DNA of 41,654 nucleotides from a virus (Duplodnaviria; Heunggongvirae; Uroviricota; Caudoviricetes): IMG/VR virus record IMGVR_UViG_2531839667_000017, positions 1 to 41,654 of that record; one strand, 5' to 3'. Shown piece by piece: positions 23,602 to 31,879 of this stretch (position 1 is its first letter; each line of letters starts with the position of its first letter). The notes under the pieces were generated by a model. It saw only the letters and a program-made list of their open reading frames with translations, ran no database searches and was not told where the DNA came from. The position numbers and the translations under genes were made by a program.

Positions 23602-23960
23602 ACGTTCTCCAGTTCGGTGATTTTTATTCCAAGCCGTCCGCCTGGTACTTTCACACCACGAATTACGCGAATGTCATCGAATTGCTCGTCGTCTTCCGCA
23701 AATCCGGCGTGGATAAGGGAGTCGAGTAAACCTTTAAGAATGTTGTCGAGGTCGCGGCGGCGGGAGTCTGGAACGTCTGCGATGACTTTGATTCGTAGTC
23801 GTGATTTGGTGAAAATGTCTAACTTGAGTTGGCGGATGATTTGCTGAACGTCTTTTCGGTATTTCTGGCCTTTATCGCTGATGTAGTATTGGCTTCCCCG
23901 TCTTCGCCAGTAGGTATTCACCGACGGCGGGTATGGAAGCACAAACTGATATTCGTTCAT
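23598..23960 (-). CDS. rusA: Holliday junction resolvase RusA
   Basis: 120 aa with RRRDLDN catalytic motif and overall RusA similarity. Confidence 0.85.
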   Translation of the reverse strand: MNEYQFVLPYPPSVNTYWRRRGSQYYISDKGQKYRKDVQQIIRQLKLDIFTKSRLRIKVIADVPDSRRRDLDNILKGLLDSLIHAGFAEDDEQFDDIRVIRGVKVPGGRLGIKITELENV

Positions 23961-24247
23961 GGCTTAATCTTCCCCTCCTTCAGCAGTATCGCCTGCGTCC
24001 TGATCACGCCTTCGAGGTGGTAAAGTCTGGCGTCTTTGTTTTCGAGATTATGGGTGCGTCGGTCGATCTCCGCGTGACACGCGCTACAAGCCCATGCGCC
24101 GATCAGGTCGTCAGGTTTCATTCCCGTTCCGCAAATTCCAGCCATCCGGTAATGTACCAGAACTGTAGTTTCAGGATTGCCATTGCATACGCCGTAAATA
24201 CGTACCTGGCATTCTCTGCCGCGCGCTTCTTTGCGTAGGTTAGCCAT
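23957..24247 (-). CDS. DUF1364-family protein (YbcO-like putative nuclease)
   Basis: 96 aa with Cys/His cluster (CQVRIYGVCNGNPETTVLVHY...CSACHAEIDRRTH) resembling prophage YbcO. Confidence 0.65.
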   Translation of the reverse strand: MANLRKEARGRECQVRIYGVCNGNPETTVLVHYRMAGICGTGMKPDDLIGAWACSACHAEIDRRTHNLENKDARLYHLEGVIRTQAILLKEGKIKP

Positions 24248-24452
24248 TTACCTTCCCTCGCAATTGAAGAATTGACTGAAGGTCTTTTTTAATAAATATG
24301 CGAGTGCGAATTGAGCAGTAGTTTTCCTTCATTCTGGCGTAGTAATAGTCTTTTCTTTGCTTAAGCTTGTTGGCATCCGCTGTCATCCAGTCTTTTACAG
24401 CAAACTTAATTAACCAGTGGTGGCAGAGATACCATTTCAGGTAATCACTCAT
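24240..24452 (-). CDS. hypothetical protein (70 aa)
   Basis: ATG at 24450-24452 overlaps the ninF stop (ATGA coupling); no motif recognised. Confidence 0.45.
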   Translation of the reverse strand: MSDYLKWYLCHHWLIKFAVKDWMTADANKLKQRKDYYYARMKENYCSIRTRIFIKKDLQSILQLRGKVNG

Positions 24453-24621
24453 CGTCTTCTTCCTCGTACATTGAGCTATTCGGATCGCTCATCAGCTCTG
24501 CGCAGCAATCGGAGCACACGTGAACTTCCAGCACATGCAGCTTCTGACCGCAGTTAGCGCACGTTAAAGCTCGCTCGACGCTTTCTTTCTGGTATTGAAG
24601 GGTTTGGGATGGGCTAAGCAT
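24445..24621 (-). CDS. ninF: NinF
   Basis: 58 aa [36 protein letters not shown]...; lambda NinF-like; below the ORF-track length cut-off, found by reading the sequence. Confidence 0.8.
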   Translation of the reverse strand: MLSPSQTLQYQKESVERALTCANCGQKLHVLEVHVCSDCCAELMSDPNSSMYEEEDDE

Positions 24622-24971
24622 TATTGGATTCTCCGCATCATGAGAAAGACAATCATGGCGGCACGGAGTGGATTGTCATATGCGACACCAACATTCGGTC
24701 CGGCATCATCAAACAAGTCCCTTGCGTTGTCTGTGGCGCACGGCATTGAGGGATTGTCTAAAATTATGCTGATGTTGTTTTCAGTGATAATCGGCCATGC
24801 GTCTGCTGGGTTATTGCAGTAGTCGTACCATCGATAATTACCATTTGCTTCATTGCCAACAGACCGTCCATCTGCGTTGTGCGGATAACCTAATGGTTTT
24901 GCCCCAACTATCGCTTTAAATACTCGCTTGTTAATTTCAAAATCACTTAACTGTGAATAATCCATTGTCAT
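24621..24971 (-). CDS. NinX-like protein (DUF2591 family, tentative)
   Basis: 116 aa from ATG 24969-24971 overlapping the ninE stop; family assignment from memory only. Confidence 0.5.
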   Translation of the reverse strand: MTMDYSQLSDFEINKRVFKAIVGAKPLGYPHNADGRSVGNEANGNYRWYDYCNNPADAWPIITENNISIILDNPSMPCATDNARDLFDDAGPNVGVAYDNPLRAAMIVFLMMRRIQ

Positions 24972-25144
24972 TTCCTCGCACGATGTCTTAGCCACCGGAT
25001 ATCCCACAGGTGAGCCGTGTAATTGAAGGTTTTTACGTCAGATTCTTTTGGGATTGGCTTGCGTTTATTTCTGTAGCGTTTCGTTGGAAGGTATTTGCAG
25101 TTTTCGCAGATGATGTCGGTGATACTTCGTCGTTGTCGCCTCAT
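24968..25144 (-). CDS. ninE: NinE
   Basis: 58 aa from ATG 25142-25144 ([23 protein letters not shown]...); lambda NinE-like. Confidence 0.8.
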   Translation of the reverse strand: MRRQRRSITDIICENCKYLPTKRYRNKRKPIPKESDVKTFNYTAHLWDIRWLRHRARK

Positions 25145-25668
25145 GCCGCCCTCCTGACGCCCTGCCCGATCGCTATCAATGCCGCTTTGGATACGGTAGT
25201 AAACATCCGTCGAGGACTGATGAACGGTCGCCAAATCAGCAGCATGGAGCCTTTGCTGTTTCCCTTCTTCTCCAGCCCTGTCGATGGTTCGATAAAATTA
25301 ATCCGTCCATCAGTGATAATGCGAACTTCGTCGACACTCTCCAGAGCCTTGCTGAACCATCCGACAGACATATCCTCTGGCACAAGCATCACTACCGTCT
25401 GTCGTTGTTGTATGCACTGCTCAGCGGCTTTTTCCACCCACGGCCTGATATTGCTGTACGGTGGGTTATTCCAGATTGCACCGTGGCTTATCCACTCAGA
25501 ATTTAGCGCGTCGTCAGCCTCAGTTAGCCAGTGAGCGCACAGAGCATTTTTGTCGCTCGCTGCCGAATCCAGCCAGAATCCAAACTCAATATCCAGTGCA
25601 TCAAAAAGCCAGAGCGGCGTTTGCCAGCAGTCCTTGTCGTGTGATGGCGTATTTGATTTGATAGTCAT
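25141..25668 (-). CDS. phage DNA N6-adenine methyltransferase (Dam family)
   Basis: 175 aa from ATG 25666-25668; WQTP and NPPY motifs typical of phage N6-adenine methyltransferases. Confidence 0.75.
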   Translation of the reverse strand: MTIKSNTPSHDKDCWQTPLWLFDALDIEFGFWLDSAASDKNALCAHWLTEADDALNSEWISHGAIWNNPPYSNIRPWVEKAAEQCIQQRQTVVMLVPEDMSVGWFSKALESVDEVRIITDGRINFIEPSTGLEKKGNSKGSMLLIWRPFISPRRMFTTVSKAALIAIGQGVRRAA

Positions 25669-26105
25669 GCAGCCCGATCTCCCCATCGCGCTTTCCATTC
25701 GAGAGCCAGTCGCGCTTCGTCTGACCACTTAACGCCACGCTCTGTACCGAATGCCTGTATAAGCTCTAATAGCTCCGCAAATTCGCTTACACGCATCCTG
25801 CTGGTTGACTGGCCTATTACCACAAAGCCATTCCCGGCAAGGTTAGGAACAACGTCCTGCTGCTTTAATGCTGCTGTAAAAACGCACTTCCAGCTTTCTG
25901 CATCCAGCCAGCGACCATGCCATTCAACCTGACGAGAGACGTCACCAAGGCAAGCCCAAAGCTTTCGATTCTGGTCTAAGCTGCGGTTGCGTTCCTGAAT
26001 GGTTACTACGATTGGTTTGGTTGGGTCTGGAAGAATTTGCTGTACCGCGTGAATAGCGTTTTGCTGATGTGCTGGGGATCGAATTTCAAAGGTTAGTTTT
26101 TTCAT
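25665..26105 (-). CDS. ninB: NinB (recombination protein)
   Basis: 146 aa, same length as lambda NinB with strong similarity. Confidence 0.85.
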   Translation of the reverse strand: MKKLTFEIRSPAHQQNAIHAVQQILPDPTKPIVVTIQERNRSLDQNRKLWACLGDVSRQVEWHGRWLDAESWKCVFTAALKQQDVVPNLAGNGFVVIGQSTSRMRVSEFAELLELIQAFGTERGVKWSDEARLALEWKARWGDRAA

Positions 26106-26298
26106 GACTTCCCTCTCTAACAGATTTCAGGTTATTCCACTCCGTTACCGCACTGCGATAATTCGCGGCCGCCACAGCGGCGTGGTTAGCGCAGTAGATT
26201 TGGCACCCGTTCTCCATGTCGAATATTGTCGGTGATTTTCCGCATTTACATTTTTTGGCACGCGGTGCGTCTGAACACATTCCGTTAACGGTGTCCAT
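26086..26298 (-). CDS. small zinc-ribbon protein in the ren position
   Basis: 70 aa with C-x8-C-x-C...C-x4-C; ATG 26296-26298 with GAGGGG SD. Confidence 0.5.
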   Translation of the reverse strand: MDTVNGMCSDAPRAKKCKCGKSPTIFDMENGCQIYCANHAAVAAANYRSAVTEWNNLKSVREGSHEKTNL

Positions 26299-26383
26299 CA
26301 GGATCCCCCCTCGTTCTTAATCCAATAAAAAAGGGCTACTGTGTAAATAGCCCCTGTTATTATCTCAGTGATGTAGATGGTCA

Positions 26384-27820
26384 TCAGAATCCTCCTTTCT
26401 TCTTGGACTGCGGTTCCTCGCGTTCACGGCGGCGCATTTCAGCAGACTGTTGGTCTGTGTCATAAATAGCGCCATTTGCCTGAATGCAATACACCGTGCC
26501 GGTATTGCCATGACGATTGAGACGAAGGATTAGTTCAGTTTCACCAGGTGGAACACTGTCATCAAAAGCGCCTTCACGATGAATCCCCACCCAATAATCG
26601 CAATCCTGTTCAATCTGCCCTGTATCTCGTGAGTCACTTGGTAATGGGCGTTTATTGGTTCGGCTTTCCAGTGCGCGGTTAAGCTGCGTCAGAAGCACAA
26701 CAACGCAATCAAGCTCTTTGGCAAGGTTCTTCAGTCCTTTGGTGATCATGCCGTAGGCAAGGTCGTTGCGATCGGCCTTCTCAGCGGTCATTAGTGTCAG
26801 GTAATCGACCAGAATCATGCCAACGCATCCTTTTTCTCGCTTGATTCGACGGCTTTCGCTGACGATTTGAGCCAGAGATAATCCCGGCGTGTCGTCGATG
26901 TAAAGCGTGTCGATTTCACTCAAGCGATTTGCTGTTTCTATCGCCCTGTTGAAGTCACCATCGTAATCACCCTGATAGCCGTCATCAGCGTCATTTGTCG
27001 CCGGAAGGTAAAAAATATTCGGGTTAACACCTGACTTCTGTCCTACCAGCTTTTCCAGTATCTGGTCGCCTGGCATTTCAAGACTGAACATCAGAGCGGG
27101 CTTTTTCTCATGCACTGCGCAGTTGATTGCCATCTGGCTGTATAGCGTCGTTTTCCCCATCTTAGGGCGAGCGCCAATGACGAACAGAGAGCCTTTCACC
27201 AGACCTTTCGGTGACAGCATCCTGTCCAGAGATGGGATCCCTGTGCTCATTCCTCGTTGTTCGCCTGACGGATCAAATCGCTTCTCAAGGTCGCTAACCC
27301 AGTCTTCCATGACCTCACCAAATGAGCGAAGGCCGCGACGCGATCCGGTTTTTGCATGGTCTGTCAGTTGCGTGAAAATCGCCTGAATAGCTTCGTACTT
27401 CTGCGTTGCAGTCATTCCGTTGCGGGAATAGAGCAATTCCGTCGCTTCAGTCATGCGGTTGATGGCGTAGCGTTCCATTGCGGTTTCACGAACCTGCATT
27501 GCATAAGCAACGATGTTTGCTGCGCTTGGCGTGTTCTTTGCGATCTCAGCGATATAAGCAAAACCGCCAACAGACACCGTTAACGATTTACGCTCCAGTT
27601 CATCGAAAAGCGTCAGGCCATCTACTGGCTTTTGCTCACGGTGCATTCTGATTATTTCTTCGAAAATGATTTTGTGTGGTCGGCTGTAAAATGAATCAGG
27701 CTTCAGCATCGCCAGAACTTTCTGGACGCGCTCACTGCTGTCATCATCAAGAAGCAATCCACCAATCACCGCCTGCTCTGCCTCGATGCTATGGGGCGGC
27801 GCATAAAAATTATCGGTCAT
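26384..27820 (-). CDS. replicative DNA helicase (DnaB family)
   Basis: 478 aa from ATG 27818-27820; Walker A GARPKMGKT and DnaB-like N- and C-domains; occupies the lambda P slot. Confidence 0.88.
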   Translation of the reverse strand: MTDNFYAPPHSIEAEQAVIGGLLLDDDSSERVQKVLAMLKPDSFYSRPHKIIFEEIIRMHREQKPVDGLTLFDELERKSLTVSVGGFAYIAEIAKNTPSAANIVAYAMQVRETAMERYAINRMTEATELLYSRNGMTATQKYEAIQAIFTQLTDHAKTGSRRGLRSFGEVMEDWVSDLEKRFDPSGEQRGMSTGIPSLDRMLSPKGLVKGSLFVIGARPKMGKTTLYSQMAINCAVHEKKPALMFSLEMPGDQILEKLVGQKSGVNPNIFYLPATNDADDGYQGDYDGDFNRAIETANRLSEIDTLYIDDTPGLSLAQIVSESRRIKREKGCVGMILVDYLTLMTAEKADRNDLAYGMITKGLKNLAKELDCVVVLLTQLNRALESRTNKRPLPSDSRDTGQIEQDCDYWVGIHREGAFDDSVPPGETELILRLNRHGNTGTVYCIQANGAIYDTDQQSAEMRRREREEPQSKKKGGF

Positions 27821-28709
27821 CGTGTTCACCCTCACGAACTTTCAGGTAGGTATTATCGTTAAGCAGGAAATCAAATCCCTTTTTGTGCCAGACAGTTCCG
27901 CGTTGATGGTTTGGACGCTCTTCGAACATCCATCGACAATTTTCGCCTACGTAGCTCAAATAATTTCTCCAGTCCTGCATCGTGAACCCATGTCCGTCAA
28001 GCTGGCGGGTTATCACTCCGGCTTTGCGCCAGAACGTTCGGATCTGGTTTTTACGCTTGTCATTCAGTGCGCGGATTCTTGGCGCTTCAGGAAGGATTTC
28101 GTGGTAAGCATCGACAACATCCTGACAGCTAACGGAAGGTTTTTTCTTGTCAGACTTTTTGTCTGCTGTGGCACTCTCTAATACGTCAGTATTAGAGATA
28201 ATATTATTATATTCTTTATCTGTGGTAATTTGCTGGTAATCTGCTGGTACAGTATTGCTTACAGGCATTGGTATTGCTGGCTTTGAGGTGGTAATTTGCT
28301 GGTAATCTGCTGGTACAAAATTTGACTGATAATCGTCATATTTCTCTACCGAGAAAACTGAGAATTTACCGTGTGAAACCCAGTCAATCATGCCGAGTTT
28401 TTTGAACTTTCTAAGCAGGTACTGAACGCGATCTGGTTTGAGTCCTGTTTCAAACGCCAGAGAGTTTCTACCGCCAAGTAGCTTCCCTCTGCCTACCAGA
28501 ATTTCTCCTGCGTCAGTCATTACATACTCAGGCGTATGCTTTGCTTTGAGGATTAAGTGAACCCACAGATGCGCTGCTTCTGCGTCCTTGTAAAACGGCA
28601 CATCCATAATTTTACGGTGCAGCAAGGCATACCCCTTACCGCTGCTTTGATGCGGTTGTTGTAGCCTTCTGGCCTCTCTGGCTTCGGCTAGATTAGATAT
28701 GTTACTCAT
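27810..28709 (-). CDS. replication initiator (lambda O-like); origin iterons lie inside the gene
   Basis: 299 aa; central linker encodes the tandem peptide [10 protein letters not shown] twice, coinciding with the DNA iterons. Confidence 0.75.
   Translation of the reverse strand: MSNISNLAEAREARRLQQPHQSSGKGYALLHRKIMDVPFYKDAEAAHLWVHLILKAKHTPEYVMTDAGEILVGRGKLLGGRNSLAFETGLKPDRVQYLLRKFKKLGMIDWVSHGKFSVFSVEKYDDYQSNFVPADYQQITTSKPAIPMPVSNTVPADYQQITTDKEYNNIISNTDVLESATADKKSDKKKPSVSCQDVVDAYHEILPEAPRIRALNDKRKNQIRTFWRKAGVITRQLDGHGFTMQDWRNYLSYVGENCRWMFEERPNHQRGTVWHKKGFDFLLNDNTYLKVREGEHDDR
28222..28317. repeat. replication origin iterons: 30-bp direct repeat GTGGTAATTTGCTGGTAATCTGCTGGTACA at 28222-28251 and 28288-28317, with TGCTGG sub-repeats and an adjacent AT-rich stretch
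   Basis: Exact 30-bp direct repeat 66 bp apart inside the O-like gene; AT-rich segment at about 28190-28221. Confidence 0.8.
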
Positions 28710-28848
28710 GACCTTTCTCCTTCTGCATCAGCTTCACTTTTTCCAACTCAGCCCGAAATCGACCAGGCTGCTTGAAGCTGGACAGGAAGCGATCACGTAG
28801 TATGTGTTTGTGAATTTTGTCCTGGTAAGGACTGAGTTGTTTTGTCAT
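28702..28848 (-). CDS. hypothetical small protein (48 aa) between cII and O
   Basis: ATG 28846-28848 with AGGAG SD 6 nt upstream; stop overlaps the O start; found by reading the sequence. Confidence 0.45.
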   Translation of the reverse strand: MTKQLSPYQDKIHKHILRDRFLSSFKQPGRFRAELEKVKLMQKEKGHE

Positions 28849-28880
28849 AATGACTCCTGTTGATAGATCCAGTAATGACC

Positions 28881-29177
28881 TCAGAATTGCATATCAATTT
28901 GCTTAAAATCCTCGGTGGCGGCCGGGGATTTTTTCTTTGTGATTTCATCAAGCGCATACTTAAAAGCCCTACTAATCGGACTGATGTCTGATGCCATTCC
29001 GAAAGCACACAAGACCGAAGCAATAAATCTCCAGTCCGTTCTGCTTATCTTCGATTCATGACAGCCAATCACCTTTGCCAGACCGCGCTGGGTAAGCGTT
29101 GACAGGTTGATAAGTAAATCTGTTTCTGCGCGATCAACATCACGCTGTGATAGTTTGCTGTAACTTGTTTGTTCCAT
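28881..29177 (-). CDS. cII: CII-like transcriptional activator
   Basis: 98 aa; C-terminus ...[18 protein letters not shown] parallels lambda CII ...KKRPAATERSEQIQMEF; position downstream of cro/nutR. Confidence 0.75.
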   Translation of the reverse strand: MEQTSYSKLSQRDVDRAETDLLINLSTLTQRGLAKVIGCHESKISRTDWRFIASVLCAFGMASDISPISRAFKYALDEITKKKSPAATEDFKQIDMQF

Positions 29178-29262
29178 TTCTTAAGATTTCCAATAGTGAA
29201 TAGCTAGTTGAAAGGTATGCGTGGAAACGCATATGGCCTTAGTTGGTCAGATATCTTGGAAC

Positions 29263-29308
29263 TCGCTTTTCAGCGACGTAGGACGAATGTCCGTTGTTAC
29301 AAAGAGCG
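29263..29308 (-). promoter_or_regulatory. nutR (boxA-like CGCTCTTTG; hairpin GGAC-ATTC-GTCC; boxB-like UCGCU-GAAA-AGCGA)
   Basis: Same order, spacing and boxB loop as nutL, with different but complementary stem bases. Confidence 0.7.
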
Positions 29309-29315
29309 GGGTTAC

Positions 29316-29549
29316 TTATGCTGCTGATGCTCTACGCGATACGAACACCAGATTTTCCTTTTTCACAGGTTTATAACCCGTGAAATTACGAGTGGCTTCT
29401 TCGATTGCATTCGCTTTATCTGGGGAAGCTCTTCGAAACCCATATGCAATCTGATCAAGATAGCCAACTGAAGTATTCGCTAATGCGGCGAGTCGCTTCC
29501 ATTCCTCACTAGAAGCCTCTTTTCGCCAGCGTAGTAGTTCATTACTCAT
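29316..29549 (-). CDS. cro: Cro-like repressor (HTH; YdaS/Cro family, tentative)
   Basis: 77 aa; ATG 29547-29549 with GGAGG SD; divergent from cI across an operator region. Confidence 0.7.
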   Translation of the reverse strand: MSNELLRWRKEASSEEWKRLAALANTSVGYLDQIAYGFRRASPDKANAIEEATRNFTGYKPVKKENLVFVSRRASAA

Positions 29550-29560
29550 TAGTGCCTCCG

Positions 29561-29650
29561 TTTATCACACAGAGCAACTTTACCATTTTGATAAATAAAA
29601 CGCAATGAAGATTTATCAAAATGCATATTTATCCATTTGCTAAATAGAGG
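29561..29650. promoter_or_regulatory. OR operator/promoter region (pR and pRM); operator-like 17-mers at 29579-29595, 29612-29628, 29628-29644
   Basis: TTTACCATTTTGATAAA and TTTATCCATTTGCTAAA show dyad symmetry around TTTAYC half-sites; pR candidate on the minus strand has -35 TTGCGT (29600-29605) and -10 TAAAGT (29577-29582). Confidence 0.6.
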
Positions 29651-29662
29651 GAGAATCGTGGG

Positions 29663-30367
29663 ATGGAAAACAAAGATATTCGCAAATCGAATCTGGCGTT
29701 TTTGCTAGATGAGCATAAAAAAATCGCGGGTAACACTAATGCAAGCTTTGCCGATAAGCTTGGAGTTAGCCCTTCTCAACTCACGCAAGTCTCCGGTGAA
29801 AAAAGCACTCGAAACATAGGGGATAAACTAGCAAGAAAATTCGAAGCCGCACTTGGGTTACCTAATGGGTGGCTTGATTTGGTACATGATGTAACACCAA
29901 TTGCATCATGCTCAGATTCTTTAACTTTTGTCGGTCAGGTAAGAAAAGGGTTAGTGCGCGTGGTTGGTGAGGCAATTCTTGGTGTTGATGGTGCCATCGA
30001 GATGACCGAAGAGCGCGATGGGTGGCTCAATATTTATAGCGATGATCCAGATGCCTTTGGTCTTCGTGTGAAAGGAGACAGCATGTGGCCCAGAATAAAA
30101 TCAGGAGAATATGTACTCATTGAGCCTAACACCAAAGTATTCCCGGGGGATGAGGTGTTTGTCAGAACTGTTGAAGGACACAACATGATCAAAGTTCTTG
30201 GCTATGACAGAGATGGAGAATACCAATTTACAAGCATCAACCAGGACCACAGGCCAATAACGTTGCCTTATCATCAAGTAGCAAAGGTGGAGTATGTGGC
30301 TGGTATTCTGAAGCAATCTCGCCATCTGGATGACATCGAGGCAAGGGAGTGGCTGAAAAGTTCGTGA
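29663..30367 (+). CDS. cI: CI repressor (HTH plus S24 LexA-like autopeptidase domain)
   Basis: 234 aa; N-terminal HTH, C-terminal GDSMWP (Ser) and K (Lys) dyad motif. Confidence 0.88.
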   Translation: MENKDIRKSNLAFLLDEHKKIAGNTNASFADKLGVSPSQLTQVSGEKSTRNIGDKLARKFEAALGLPNGWLDLVHDVTPIASCSDSLTFVGQVRKGLVRVVGEAILGVDGAIEMTEERDGWLNIYSDDPDAFGLRVKGDSMWPRIKSGEYVLIEPNTKVFPGDEVFVRTVEGHNMIKVLGYDRDGEYQFTSINQDHRPITLPYHQVAKVEYVAGILKQSRHLDDIEAREWLKSS

Positions 30368-30635
30368 CTTCATCGTCACATAGCTGGTAACCAGTGGCCT
30401 GAAGAGACGTTTGGGTGATGTGATAGAGATCATTATTCAATTCGATTGAGAAAAATCATCATAAGGTTTATATCCATTTATTAGATTTTATGTGTATAAA
30501 TAGTTAAAAATGCACGATGTAGAGATATTTGTGCTTAACATCAATTAATCATTGCTAAATCGTGCTTATTGTTCAGAAATCGCCCAAGTCATATTGAAAA
30601 TCTGTTGGCGAACACCTATATAAGGAGTATAGTTA

Positions 30636-30998
30636 GTGACCCAAAACGTATTGCCAATCAACAAGAGCTTGCATGACCGAGCTGTTGATGAATTTAATCG
30701 TCTGCATGGAACAATGATTGGCGAGATTAGTGCAATGCTGAAAACAGCTAAAGTAGCGCCATTGGTGGATCTTCGTAAGAAAGATCCTACCTTTTCGAAC
30801 GTTGTCGCAGAATTACGGACATTCAGAGACGTATGTAATGCTCTGCTCCCATACTTTCGTGTAGATAAGACCAGCGAAATCGCTGTCATCGATAAGTTAC
30901 TTATACTGGCTAATGACCTGGCTCAAGCCATCGATGCTGACGATCCTGACGCATTGTGCGCAGCAATAGCAGCCCTTGATGTTGAGCCTTACATTTAA
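30636..30998 (+). CDS. hypothetical protein (120 aa) immediately downstream of cI
   Basis: GTG 30636-30638 with AAGGAG SD 8 nt upstream; soluble, helical-looking, no recognised motif. Confidence 0.6.
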   Translation: MTQNVLPINKSLHDRAVDEFNRLHGTMIGEISAMLKTAKVAPLVDLRKKDPTFSNVVAELRTFRDVCNALLPYFRVDKTSEIAVIDKLLILANDLAQAIDADDPDALCAAIAALDVEPYI

Positions 30999-31013
30999 AC
31001 GAGGGGAAAAAAA

Positions 31014-31109
31014 ATGACTAAAGCGTTTGACTATACTGCCGTTAGTAAGCTTTTGGCTGAAATGCGCGGATGTGTAGAGCGCGTTCAAAATCTACGCCGC
31101 GACTTTGAA
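31014..31109 (+). CDS. hypothetical small protein (31 aa)
   Basis: ATG 31014-31016 preceded by GAGGGG; found by reading the sequence. Confidence 0.35.
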
Positions 31110-31164
31110 GCTCACATCAGTCATTCACAAAAAGCGGCTTGATACTTAAGTTAGATGACAGAAC

Positions 31165-31190
31165 CCGGCCTCAGCGCCGGGTTTTCTTTG
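31165..31190 (+). terminator. intrinsic terminator closing the cI-proximal operon
   Basis: CCCGGC-ctcagc-GCCGGG hairpin followed by TTTTCTTT. Confidence 0.7.
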
Positions 31191-31370
31191 CCTCACGATC
31201 CCCACACCTAATAACACCTTAACCAATTGTATTTATTGAAAAATTGATAGATACAACTTTCTAAACCACGAAATTCTGATCCCCCTCAAGTCTCTTCATT
31301 CCTTCTGATAAATTCCCGCAATCAAATAAAAAACCATAATAATCAACAGGATATTTGAAAACCCAAACAA

Positions 31371-31414
31371 TTTATCATTTTGCTATTGCCATCAGTTTAT
31401 CATTTCGATAAAGT
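31371..31414 (+). promoter_or_regulatory. OL/pL (operator TTTATCATTTCGATAAA at 31396-31412; -35 TTGCCA 31386-31391; -10 TAAAGT 31409-31414)
   Basis: Perfect dyad-symmetric 17-mer of the same family as the OR sites overlaps a sigma70-like promoter pointing at nutL and N. Confidence 0.6.
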
Positions 31415-31460
31415 CAACTTATCAGCAGGACGCTGTAAGCCAAACGGAGCAGACTGGCAG

Positions 31461-31507
31461 GCTCTTTAAACAACGTCGAACACTCGACTACGTGGCTGAA
31501 AAGCCAG
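31461..31507 (+). promoter_or_regulatory. nutL (boxA-like GCTCTTTA; hairpin GTCGA-ACAC-TCGAC; boxB-like UGGCU-GAAA-AGCCA)
   Basis: Between pL and the N-like gene; architecture parallels nutR. Confidence 0.7.
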
Positions 31508-31604
31508 ATCACCCAACCACATAAGCTGTGGGATGCAATGCCGAAGTAACCGTCTCAGGAGGAGCTTCGAGATTGCATCGCCAAAGTTTATTCGGGAGGA
31601 ATCT

Positions 31605-31877
31605 ATGTCCAGAAAAACAGAATTTAAAGGCACCGCAGCTTCTCGCCGTAGAGCTCGTCGCGCAAACCTGCAAAGTCAGGAGGCGATTAGCTCCGACAAG
31701 CTACACAGGCCAACCCCTTCACGAGTGGTCTTGCAATGCAAGCGCAAACCAGCAATGAGAGCAGAAGTTATAACTCTGACAACGTTGACCAGAAAATATG
31801 AAGGTTCAACTTGTCTTCCGAACGTAGCTCTTTACGCGGCAGGCTACCGGAAATCAAAACAACTGACAGCGAGGTAA
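31605..31877 (+). CDS. N: N-like transcription antiterminator (arginine-rich motif)
   Basis: 90 aa; N-terminal ARM TAASRRRARRANLQSQ; GGGAGG SD; first gene after pL/nutL. Confidence 0.7.
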   Translation: MSRKTEFKGTAASRRRARRANLQSQEAISSDKLHRPTPSRVVLQCKRKPAMRAEVITLTTLTRKYEGSTCLPNVALYAAGYRKSKQLTAR

Positions 31878-31879
31878 TT

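Noticed and set aside
28793-29023. 76-aa minus-strand ORF overlapping cII in another frame
   Set aside because: The cII frame has recognisable CII similarity and correct start context; the alternative frame has neither.
30594-30622. Sigma70-like promoter TTGAAA-17-TATATA just upstream of the 120-aa gene
   Set aside because: The -10 overlaps the SD, so the predicted transcript would start after the ribosome-binding site of a GTG-initiated gene; more likely an AT-rich coincidence, with the gene expressed by read-through from cI. Not asserted as a feature.
30566-30889. Minus-strand 107-aa ORF opposite the 120-aa gene downstream of cI
   Set aside because: Antisense to an ORF with a strong SD and correct operon orientation; no RBS of its own.
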